NCBI GenBank assembly: GCA_964503085.1
Contig: CAZCYQ010000012.1
Location: forward strand, 2,821 to 66,820
Source: an uncultured Rhodothermaceae bacterium
GTDB taxonomy: Bacteria; Bacteroidota; Rhodothermia; Rhodothermales; Bin80
Direction: 5' to 3'
Length of the DNA stretch: 64,000 nt
The notes below the pieces were generated by a model. It saw nothing but the letters and a program-made list of their open reading frames with translations. It made no database searches and was not told the DNA's origin. How positions within the stretch are numbered: the first letter of the stretch is position 1; every line of letters begins with the position of its first letter. The translations under genes and the position numbers were made by a program. Of this stretch, positions 39,601-45,384 are shown piece by piece.

Positions 39601-40929
39601 CGGCCACCGCGGGCGGGAGTTAGCGCTTTTGCAATCTCAGGGGCGAACGCCCACGTAGTGGTTGAGGGTTACAATGTACCGGGCGATACGGGACTTAGTG
39701 TTCCTATAGGTTCGCCAGAATATATTGCTGTTCCCAATCTGAAGATGGGAGTGAACCTACCAGATCCTGTAGACGAGGATCAGCGGCGTTTGAGGCTACT
39801 GCCCCTATCCGCGAAATCAAACGAGGCACTACAGGCATTGGCGGGAGGGTACCTTTCCTGGCTGGATGAGCATGTCAAAGAGCCGTCCGAGCAGGACTCG
39901 AACGGGTTACTGTCAGACATGGCCTGGACGGCAGCAGTGGGAAGGAGTCACTTATCCCATCGTGCCGGTATTGTATACGAAGATGAACGGTCGCTACGAA
40001 ATGGACTGATGAGCGTCGCCGGCACGAATGGAAGATTACCTGTTCCTGCAATAGCTCCAAAGGTAGCATTCGTCTTCAATGCAGAGGAGACTCTAGGACT
40101 TGAAATGGGAGAAGAATTGTATCGTAGCGAGCCAGTGGTGCGTGCAGTCCTGGATCGTTGTGATGAGCTACTTCAAGGAGAACTCGGAGGCTCCCTACTG
40201 GATGTGATGTTTGGGCGTTCAAGTAATCTTTCCGACTCGGAGGTATGGCGGTCCCCAGCCGTTTTTGCCCTCCAATGCGCCCAGGTTGCGCTATGGGAGA
40301 GTGTCGGGGTTTCTCCAGATGTGGTCTTCGGGATCAATACGGGGGAACTAGCGGCTGCGTATGCGGCCGGCGTTTTGAAGCTTGAGGATGGATTGGTCCT
40401 TGCGGCGCGGTGCACTGAACTGATGAATGGAAATCTCGAAAGCGGGAACGCCCAAGCTATCCCGGCGGAGGTAACCTTCGCACCACCATCCACCCACATG
40501 GTGAGTAGTGTGACAGGCCTGCAGGTAAGCCCCGAGATATCTATGGACGCAGCGTATTGGACCCGACGGGCGCGTTCACCCGTGGCATTTGGCAAATGTG
40601 TTGCAACCATTGCGAAAATGGGGGTGACTGCCGTAGTGGAAGTTGGTCCTGACATGCTCTTGAAGTCAAAAATTCTTTCAGACTGGCCAAAGGCCGCACA
40701 GCAGACTACGAATGGTGTACAGGTGCCGATTGTATTGGCAAGCTTCAAGAGACCGCGAAACGGTTCAACCGACGAATCTATGGGGAGTAGTTTTTCCCAG
40801 TCCGTTGCAAGGTTGTATGAGGCAGGTCTCAATCTGAATTATTCAGGACTGTTTGCCGGAGAAAAGAGGAGTCGAATCTCACTGCCTAGTTATCCTTTCC
40901 AACGTGATCACTATTGGTTCAAGACTTGA
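30679..40929 (+). CDS. Type I polyketide synthase, 3416 aa: KS-AT-DH-cMT-ER-KR-ACP-KS-AT(degenerate)
   Basis: KS1 has Cys181 in DAACASS (nt 31219-31221), His316 and His356. AT1 has GHSVG Ser660 (nt 32656-32658) and KAFHS His766. DH has H970 in HQVFGRVIAP and HPLILDGCFQ. The cMT motif I is IIEVGAGTG (aa 1469-1477). ER has HAGAGGVG (aa 2013-2020). KR has TGGLGGIG (aa 2206-2213). The ACP has GMDSL Ser2511. KS2 has Cys2743 in DMTCASS, plus EVHGTGS and NIGHLES. AT2 lacks its catalytic motifs. Confidence 0.95.
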   Translation: MNQDKTPLAIVGMACKFPGAASIQEFWHFLVSGRNSVMEVPVGAGNRRVDVMFADIPNLPDACHFCSYLDDIEQFDPQFFRISPVEANWLDPQQRMMLETSWRALEDAGIDPLGLKGSLTGVYTGISNYEYRMRIVESNHKPADAASSLYAMSGTSMSGPNGRVSFFLGLRGPSKAIDAACASSLVAVNDAVSDLQRGKIDMAIVGGVQNILSGHVFKIRADAGILAPDGQCKVFDASANGYVRGEGCGVVVLKRLHEAEADGDKVWAVIRGSAVNHGGDSVGMTVPHTPALEQVMGQALMDAGVTAAEVDYVEAHGTGTSVGDPIELEAMSAVYGQGRESDRPLLVGSVKTNIGHLESAAGIAGLIKAVLVLQRGVIPKHLHFHNPTPAVDWDKMHLRVTSEMMDLPASNGRPRLAGINSFGISGTNSHIILEEYLAKNGTSNEQNRVIYLPQTASASGELESPLSNGEVTPQRQTRLLPLSGKSPAALQSIAENYVLWLNERGKEVTLNGSAAAPLFADMAWTAAVGRSHFEHRSGIVFHDEASLRQKLAALSVSADNIHSQSATTIAFAYTGQGSQWTGMGRAIYECEPVARAVFDRCEAIFKAERKVSLLDAIFGHTDCDLSNTAWEQPALYALECALTALWASIGIQPSVVIGHSVGELAAAQAAGVFSLEDGMRFAITRGALFAETDPGAMAAVFTSPAQVASAVEEINASTPGIGLSVSANNGTHQVVSGPIPQIQSIIERFESEGTRVKRLNTSKAFHSALMEPVLDTLEASLSEIAIQAPSLKVVSNLTGEVVGSSQTLDGAYWRRHARQAVAFASGVQTISELGVDLIIEIGPRPILTNMVALAWPESERPPSIISSLQVPSGDIPENAAKSDFEQAVAQAYQAGLTIEFEGLFTGEDRRRIQLPGYPFLRDHYWIRESKRRGFSAGDHPLLGSRRDFASGEVAYETEVFRSSPNWLQDHQVFGRVIAPGALYGAMAASACLTEGSGLVIVDDMQLHNALVFPEQKPSDSEDDNGREVQILVAPAEAERPQRIQIFSRGEGEDWVMHVEGNLSSDTAMPEESGQVNLEDLKAGMSTGSASSYYQARADTGIDLRSSFRTLKRFWYKPGEAVGEVSFPDTIESNELDIHPLILDGCFQVVAAARNPGGVEGETTYLPFGWDRLWLSGRLPDSVVCHVRMNEVPKGAKEKSGATAEIMSAELRIYDTSGTLIGGLSGYIVKRATRGALLSAVEDIDDLLYEILWRESPLVPALLPADFLPSPGTVAANSGLLSAYLSEEGVQPEERNALLDDLERWSRSRALATLEELGWKRKQGDIIESEVLRKRLGVISDHERVFRRMLEMLAKSGILEEKDGSFLVRNASGDALPDEMPADLEAFADGMAERFPHGTTEVGLFRRCGTALGEVLRAQKDPLTLLFSSGDPTPGDLYLKAPVARAANRILKETVAALVSELPAERHLRIIEVGAGTGSATAAILPELPEGRFDYMYTDISAGFFSEAEARFGGKPMEYRPLNIENDPVGQGFEMHSYDLLIASNVLHATRYLHETLEYCRDLLAPSGQLVALENLSGQGWMDLTFGQLDGWWRFADDYRPHHALANPAVWRRALSDAGFGEVEILGIEETDSTRRHDKGVIVAQGPTEIQERTGVWALVADHNGTAQGLAEDLVCNNQAVVLVDAGIADSKNPALELEEPGKTQVTIDINCRESWEELLRSISKDLPLKGVVHLGALDGAGPNASTYEMAQDTRRIVESALVLVQAVIDTNVIPDKGIWFITQGAQVLEREFTGQLAGAALWGFGKGVSRELTHLQTRMIDLDPAETAGKPDLVTELLSPDHENHVAYRNGRRNVARLARENVGLERLSFPDDAPWVLAPDPDGVIENIHVKTLSHRGLEPKEVRVAVKAAGLNFWDVFRSLAFIHEGNLGREVCGDVLEVGSEVTTVSVGDHVVGLGFGAFAAEMVTHGDLVALAPEGFSVSELATVPSAFVSAALSYEFSGLEAGDRVLIHAGAGGVGLAAIQLAQVVGAEVFATASAPKQEYLRSLGVEHVFNSRDTLFGAEILEATNGEGVDVVLNSLTSEGFIDASLSCLVQGGRFVELARRDILSEEEMAVVRPDVKYAILELDVLKKTDPEWVGRVLRSLLKQFSERSLTPIRHSRWPLAEASAALQFMRSARHLGKIVVTTSALVRGQLRGDRTYLVTGGLGGIGLAVANWLADHGAGAIVLNGRRPPEGEAQEVIDALQARGITVRVALADVTDLAAVDTMLADIRRELPPLAGVIHSVGVLSDGALGNQTWDRFEQVLWPKVVGAWHLHRATADCDLDLFVLFSSRVGVMGNPGQANHATANAFLDQLAAHRRAIGLPGQAIAWGAWSEIGEAAERRESIEERRAALGGRWFTPQQGIKALDKLVRADVTHSVVMAMDWQVFQKASEDRPALLGDLLHDASEEEADTTVVLEDPISQLRRMPAAEHKGLLISFLQQELQAVLRLPSAPSSTVGFFDLGMDSLMAVELRNRLNRAFADEYVASNTVVFDYPDINMLAEHLADELGSLGPAPAPLQLVTQQQPVVRNEEDGIAVIGMACRFPGAPDIEAFWELLESGGNTVSDGRSDSGPWEGVVGDPAAEDPILRWGSFLDGLDQFDAGFFNIRPIEAHGMDPRQRMLLETSWQALEDAAMDPDSLRHSRTGTYIGLAASEYRDLISGSNQEYNYLGTAGSVAIGRVAFLLGLMGPAVAVDMTCASSLAAIHQAASDLKSGDVDLALTGGVHVVLSPAITRFMAEYGMLSSSGNCRTFDASADGFVRGEGCGVVVLKRLSEAVSDGDRIWGVIRGSALNQNGPSASLTVPSGQAQKQVLEDALGRAGIPPSEVDFLEVHGTGSQLGDPIEVNSVASVYGRDRESDRPLLLGTAKTNIGHLESAAGVAGLIKVLLAMERRVIPKHLHFEEPNPHVEWGQLPVQVTSEKIEWPRRADRPPRAGVSAFAISGANAHVVVEGYNVPGDTGLSVPIGSPEYIAVPNLKMGVNLPDPVDEDQRRLRLLPLSAKSNEALQALAGGYLSWLDEHVKEPSEQDSNGLLSDMAWTAAVGRSHLSHRAGIVYEDERSLRNGLMSVAGTNGRLPVPAIAPKVAFVFNAEETLGLEMGEELYRSEPVVRAVLDRCDELLQGELGGSLLDVMFGRSSNLSDSEVWRSPAVFALQCAQVALWESVGVSPDVVFGINTGELAAAYAAGVLKLEDGLVLAARCTELMNGNLESGNAQAIPAEVTFAPPSTHMVSSVTGLQVSPEISMDAAYWTRRARSPVAFGKCVATIAKMGVTAVVEVGPDMLLKSKILSDWPKAAQQTTNGVQVPIVLASFKRPRNGSTDESMGSSFSQSVARLYEAGLNLNYSGLFAGEKRSRISLPSYPFQRDHYWFKT
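30697..31983 (+). other. PKS domain KS1 (ketosynthase, catalytic triad intact)
   Basis: From IVGMACKFPG to GTNSHIILEEY. The C-H-H residues are present. Confidence 0.85.
32371..33273 (+). other. PKS domain AT1 (acyltransferase, malonyl-type xAFH motif)
   Basis: Motifs FAYTGQGSQWTGMG, GHSVGE and KAFHS. The post-AT linker YPFLRDHYW lies at about 33427-33453. Confidence 0.8.
33490..34383 (+). other. PKS domain DH (dehydratase)
   Basis: Motifs HPLLG, HQVFGRVIAPG and LILDGCFQ. Confidence 0.75.
34876..35598 (+). other. PKS domain cMT (SAM-dependent C-methyltransferase)
   Basis: Motifs IIEVGAGTGSATAAIL, YDLLIASNVLHAT and APSGQLVALE. The boundaries are approximate. Confidence 0.7.
36361..37263 (+). 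other. PKS domain ER (enoylreductase, MDR family)
   Basis: Motifs VRVAVKAAGLNFWDV, LIHAGAGGVGLAAIQLA and GKIVVT. Confidence 0.8.
37276..37833 (+). other. PKS domain KR (ketoreductase catalytic subdomain; expected catalytic Tyr is His2348)
   Basis: YLVTGGLGGIGLA is present. FSSRVGVMGNPGQANHATANAFLD occurs where the canonical motif is GQxNYAAAN. Confidence 0.75.
38086..38313 (+). other. PKS domain ACP
   Basis: FFDLGMDSLMAVELRNRL, with Ser2511 at nt 38209-38211. Confidence 0.85.
38410..39678 (+). other. PKS domain KS2 (catalytic triad intact)
   Basis: Motifs IAVIGMACRFPGAPD, DMTCASS, EVHGTGSQLGDP and NIGHLESAAG. Confidence 0.85.
40051..40929 (+). other. Degenerate AT-like domain plus post-AT linker, ending the protein
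   Basis: FVFNAEETLGLEMG replaces GQGxQWxGMG. GINTG (aa 3218-3222) replaces GHSxG. The small subdomain carrying xAFH appears to be deleted. The protein ends YPFQRDHYWFKT*. Confidence 0.75.
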
Positions 40930-41019
40930 GCTTCTCCGGCGTCTCAGTAGCTCGTTGATGAGGTACCCATTTCGGGATCTTGTCTCCAATAATACTCATG
41001 TCCGCGTAGGTTCTCTTTT

Positions 41020-42190
41020 TGGGCCTTCAACTATTTTAGCGAAGCGGTTCTTTTTTGAACCCCTTCGGGATAGAGGTCTAGTCCTCCGAGATAGAAGCAA
41101 TCGCATTGGCGAACCGTTCCTTATTTCGAAAGCCGCGGCTACGGATTTTGACGGTTTTGATTCGACTGTTGATGCTTTCAGCGGGGCCGTTACTGGCTTT
41201 TAGGACGATCGCACTGATGATTCCCCAGAGGTGTGCTTTGATGGTTTGGGGGCTTTTTTCATGGGTTTCAGTCGGCAGCGCATCGCTCAGGACAGCCATT
41301 TTTCCCAGCCCTTGCGGGCCCAGGTACGACTGACATAATGCCACAGCTTCTGGGAGGTTTCCTTGATCGCCCAGGCCCTGGCAGTTTTCAGCGAACTGTT
41401 CTTCAACGACTGAAACCGCTTCTTTTGCTTTTCGGACATATTCTGCATATTGGTCAGGCAATCACACTTGGCGCCGTTAAGATCGTCCACACCCGCTTTC
41501 GCCAATTCCTTGTTCTCCTGTCGACGAACCTTGTCCACTCGCTCCGAGATACGCTTCGCGACACGAAAACGGTCAAAGGCAATCTTCTGGTCTGCCCCTG
41601 AGACACATTCCCGCGTTGCACCGATGTATGCGGGCCGCATATCCATGCTCACACTCTCAATCTTAGCCAATTGGACTGGACTACATTGATCGTACCAATG
41701 CTTCAGCGTCTGCTTTGTACGAGCTTCCCCCACATATACCACCGTACCTGTGGCAGAATCCGACACGATCATGACGTAATTCTGCCCTTTTCAAGCGGAG
41801 GTCTCGTCCACGCCAATCTGAGTCGGCGATGGTTCCGATCTTCATGAAGCCCCCGTTTGACCGCGCGATTCATAATTCTGTCAATAACCGGGCGAGTCAC
41901 CCCCAACAAACGGGCAATCGTTGAGATGCTCGTCTCTTGCAACCAGTCAATTACCAAACGCTCAAACTCAAAGGTTACCCGAGCACACGGAGCGGCCCAG
42001 GGAACCCTGGTCGTCCGTACACCATGTTCTGGACTTTTCGCACGATGGAGGTCCGTGACGATCTGCGTTAAATCCTCGCCATATTTGTTGAAGCCCCCTC
42101 TTTTTAGGCACCTGTAAGCTTAAATCACATTTCGCACAAATACCTCCCGCAAGCACACAAACCTCCAACCTCACAACTTTAATCATACGA
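41020..42190 (-). pseudogene. ISL3-family transposase, broken by frameshifts and a probable internal deletion (IS ends not resolved)
   Basis: The pieces lie in three frames. These are VPWAAPCARVTFEFERLVIDWLQETSISTIARLLGV (N-terminal/HTH), SVSMDMRPAYIGATRE...AFDRFRVAK (DDE core), and NGPAESINSRIKTVKIRSRGFRNKERFANAI. A further shift gives YLGGLDLYPEG, the typical ISL3 C-terminus. Confidence 0.75.
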
Positions 42191-42265
42191 TTCCAGTTAT
42201 ATATAATGTCATGTACTCATTCCTATCCGCAGCTTGCCTTAGTGTGTCATAAATCAGAGATTCCT

Positions 42266-42781
42266 ATGGAACCGAACAACAACACCCCGAAAGACCAAGA
42301 AATCTTGTGGGCCAAAAACGCACAGATATTCTTAGACCTGTGCAAGGATCAACACCACGTTTTTGACGAGCATGACAGCAAGTTTACTGTCAGGGCGATG
42401 GGAATTGCCACATTTAGCGTGGCGTTGTTCGGTGCAGGTGCATCATGGATAGACCCACAAAAAGTTGGAATGTTGGAATGGGGTTTTCTTACGGCAATTG
42501 CTGCAATTGTTCTCACAGTGATCTCTATTGCGATGGCCTCAATTGTAAAGCCCCACCTTTGGAGTCAACCGGGTGATCTTTCCGAATTCAACAAGATTGT
42601 TTACAGTAGCTCCCATGCGGACTTTCTGGCCAGCGTTGCTGCTGCGTACATGAAATCAGTGTCCGAAAACACTCCTAGCCTAGATTCACGGGGTAATAAA
42701 CTACAAATAATCGCTAAGTTGATCCTTGCGGAAGTAGTGTTGTTCGTCGTATTTAGGGTTTGTCTTTTGTTCCCCGGCTAG
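42266..42781 (+). CDS. Hypothetical 3-TM membrane protein (171 aa)
   Basis: Starts at ATG 42266 (MEPNNNTPKDQ). Hydrophobic helices are MGIATFSVALFGAGASWI, WGFLTAIAAIVLTVISIAMASIV and a C-terminal IIAKLILAEVVLFVVFRVCLLF. I recognise no catalytic motif. The gene is AT-richer than its neighbours by eye. Confidence 0.55.
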   Translation: MEPNNNTPKDQEILWAKNAQIFLDLCKDQHHVFDEHDSKFTVRAMGIATFSVALFGAGASWIDPQKVGMLEWGFLTAIAAIVLTVISIAMASIVKPHLWSQPGDLSEFNKIVYSSSHADFLASVAAAYMKSVSENTPSLDSRGNKLQIIAKLILAEVVLFVVFRVCLLFPG

Positions 42782-43064
42782 TATTCCTACCATCCTTGAG
42801 ATGCCGCACCGTTGGTATATGGGTTATATTAGGCCTATTGACAGGCGTTGGTGACTTTGGGGTTTGCGTGTCTGGCCGTGGAGATTCAGACGGTGTGTTA
42901 TTTTCCTGCTGTTTGCTCATGGCTTACCATACTTTGGTATATGGCTGGACGCGGTGAACCGAATATAAGGATCATTGCATACTGTGTCAACCCTTCTCGC
43001 CTTCCTTACTAAGTAAGAGAAACATCTCTAAGTATTGAAGCACCATGGATACAATTCACCGACA

Positions 43065-43724
43065 TCATACAACTTGGAATAACCTTTTAGCCATTTCCAT
43101 TTTTTCATATAGAGCTTTTGAAGTTTGTGCTATAGAGAGGCCAGGTAACGGTTCTCCAGTTGCACGATTAGGAAAATAAGCCGATATTAGGCCTGCAACA
43201 TATATCTTGTTTTCTTCGTTCCTGAAGATAACGGGTCCCCCGCTAACGCCATTTATCGCTACACCATCTATCAGATACACCTCGTCATGAATCCCAAAAG
43301 CACCAGCCCCTCTACTTATCTTGCCGGAGAAGAAGCACAACTCAAGTCCAGCAGGGAAACCCAGCCAGCCTACCTCCTCCCCAACATTGAGAGAGATGTC
43401 AAATGGGAGAAGTTCTACAGGGCTGCGAAGAAGTTGAAGGCTACTCTTCCTAACCAAGAGGACAGCGTGATCTTGTTTCCGTGGGTTAAATAGAATGGTT
43501 CTATCTTTTTCTCTATATAAATACGGCTTTTCCTCCTGACTAAAGTGAATTACTATAGACTCGTCCCATTTAGCTGCGTGTTCAATTACATGACGTGCTG
43601 TAACAATGGCATGAAATTCAAAGTCTTCGGGAAGAGAGAGAAGGAATCCCGTTCCCTGACCAGAGCGAGTCTCAATCTTTACCACAGCAGGGGAAATTTT
43701 TTCTACTACGGTTGCCCAATTCAT
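43065..43724 (-). CDS. Trypsin-like (S1/Trypsin_2) serine protease without a signal peptide
   Basis: 219 aa. The triad contexts are VTARHVIEH (His), KQDHAVLLV (Asp) and INGVSGGPV (Ser). The N-terminus SPAVVKIETRSGQGTGFLL is typical of DegP-like protease cores, but there is no PDZ domain. Confidence 0.75.
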   Translation of the reverse strand: MNWATVVEKISPAVVKIETRSGQGTGFLLSLPEDFEFHAIVTARHVIEHAAKWDESIVIHFSQEEKPYLYREKDRTILFNPRKQDHAVLLVRKSSLQLLRSPVELLPFDISLNVGEEVGWLGFPAGLELCFFSGKISRGAGAFGIHDEVYLIDGVAINGVSGGPVIFRNEENKIYVAGLISAYFPNRATGEPLPGLSIAQTSKALYEKMEMAKRLFQVV

Positions 43725-44331
43725 TTATGATCAAGGTATTTTTTCTTTGGTCGTGGTTCAACGAATCGAATATAACTAAAACTCCATTCCCGTCCATAAC
43801 CTGTGTGCTCCGGTTGAACTGGCCCACCATTCCAAGTGGAGTGGGCCACCTTACAAATCAGTGTTCCGGAGCTAATGTTTAGGGATTCTGGCTGGGATTG
43901 TTATTTTAGCAGATAAGTGCCCTTTCGAATCAGTTTGGGGATCAAGCACGCCCCATGAGGCGCCAAACCACTGAAAAAGCACGATATCGGCTATATTTTG
44001 CAAGAGGCTCCTTGGCTGGTAATTCAGGCTAGTCTTGGAATTCAAGAATTCTGATGGGAAATTCAGTAATATTATTCCACCTGCCAGTGATAGAGCAGGT
44101 CGCTGTGAGGCAAAGGGGAAATCTTATCATTCAAAATGTCCTACGCAACCGGTTACACGTGCGTTTTACTTGTGTGTTTATAGGACTTTCTCCAAAAGAG
44201 GAAATGCCTTGTAGGCTCAGTTAATGTAAATTGCGAGTGTGAGGGACAAGTAAGACTTTAGCCATTATGCTCCACTGCGGTCAGCTTGCGAATGATCTGT
44301 GATTAATCTTAGAGGGACACAACAATTCATT

Positions 44332-45384
44332 ATGAATCGACGCGAATTTACACAACTTACCGCTCAGGCCGCTGGCGTGGGGCTGTTTTCAACAAACATC
44401 CTTATCAAACAGACTGAACCCGACGAGATCATTGGTCACGGTGACTTCCGTTACCGTGTACATAGGAGTTGGGGACAGCAGGATCCAAGCCTCGTGCCCG
44501 TTAATAACTGCCACGAAATGGTTCAGGACAGCGCAGGACGCCTAATCATGATTGGCGATGAAACGCGCAATAATGTATTGATATACGACAAGTCGGGCAA
44601 TATACTTGATACTTGGGGCAGTGAGTATCCTTATGGGCACGGCCTGACACTATTGAATGCTGGTGGAGAGGAATTCCTGTTCATTTGTGATAATGGTTTT
44701 GATGGAAACCCGCAAGTTGTCAAGACCACACTGGACGGACGCGTAGTTCTTAGTTTGCCCCATCCACATGAAGTCGGAGCTTACGCAGAGTCTGATGCCT
44801 ATCATCCAACGGAAACCGCTATTGGACCGAATGGGGACATTTACGTAGCCGATGGCTATGGTTCGCAATGGGTTCTCCAGTTTAGTGCCGCGGGCGAGTA
44901 CATTCGAAAATTTGGAGGAAGGGGGGATGAGGATCATCAGTTCCAAACAGTACACGGTGTGTGCGTAGATCTGCGTGATCCAGGTGCACCATCTCTGATA
45001 TGCACGAGTCGGGCGCACAACGCCTTTAAGCGGTTTTCTCTCAATGGAGATTATCTCTCAACGATCTTTCTGCCTGGTGCGTATGTGTGCCGCGCGGTGA
45101 TTCAGGGAGAGATGTTGTATTCAGGTGTGTGCTGGTCAAGGCTCCGTTATCTGAATCAGACGCCAGATTCCGGATTCGTAACGATTCTGGACAAGAACGA
45201 TCGCGTGGTTTCGAATCCTGGAGGAACCCCACCCGTCTACGAAAATGGGGTTCTCCAGCTCATGTTACAGGACGAGCCCATTTTCAATCACTGCCACGAT
45301 GTTTGCGTGGACACAGACGAAAACCTGTATGTTTGTCAGTGGAACGCAGGCAAGACTTATCCGATCAAGCTGGAGCGGATTTAG
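44332..45384 (+). CDS. Tat-signal six-bladed beta-propeller (NHL-repeat / amidating-lyase-like) protein
   Basis: Starts at MNRREFTQLTAQAAGVGLF (twin-arginine motif). It has repeated G..YVADGYGS and H.VCVD propeller-like motifs. Confidence 0.55.
   Translation: MNRREFTQLTAQAAGVGLFSTNILIKQTEPDEIIGHGDFRYRVHRSWGQQDPSLVPVNNCHEMVQDSAGRLIMIGDETRNNVLIYDKSGNILDTWGSEYPYGHGLTLLNAGGEEFLFICDNGFDGNPQVVKTTLDGRVVLSLPHPHEVGAYAESDAYHPTETAIGPNGDIYVADGYGSQWVLQFSAAGEYIRKFGGRGDEDHQFQTVHGVCVDLRDPGAPSLICTSRAHNAFKRFSLNGDYLSTIFLPGAYVCRAVIQGEMLYSGVCWSRLRYLNQTPDSGFVTILDKNDRVVSNPGGTPPVYENGVLQLMLQDEPIFNHCHDVCVDTDENLYVCQWNAGKTYPIKLERI

Noticed and set aside
40173-40832. 219-aa minus-strand ORF, together with the many other 60-140-aa ORFs inside 30679-40929
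   Set aside because: All are embedded in or antisense to the continuous 3416-aa PKS frame, which carries canonical catalytic motifs throughout. They are by-products of GC-rich coding sequence.
40926-42200. The ISL3 element could be inserted inside the PKS ORF, so that excising it would restore a longer gene
   Set aside because: No frame on the far side of the IS remnant (42200 onward) encodes PKS-like sequence. The PKS stop lies about 90 nt before the first transposase-derived codons. Only loss of downstream genes remains possible, not a simple insertion.
42753-42920. 55-aa minus-strand ORF (MSKQQENNTPSESPRPDTQTPKSPTP...) downstream of the protease gene
   Set aside because: It is hydrophilic and low complexity, overlaps the 3' end of the TM-protein gene, and has no recognisable family. 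It is probably not coding.
43820-43848. Inverted repeat TGGCCCAC-N13-GTGGGCCA in the spacer upstream of the protease gene
   Set aside because: It is a single short hairpin with no T-tract and no second copy in the window. That is not enough to call a terminator, an IR or a MITE.
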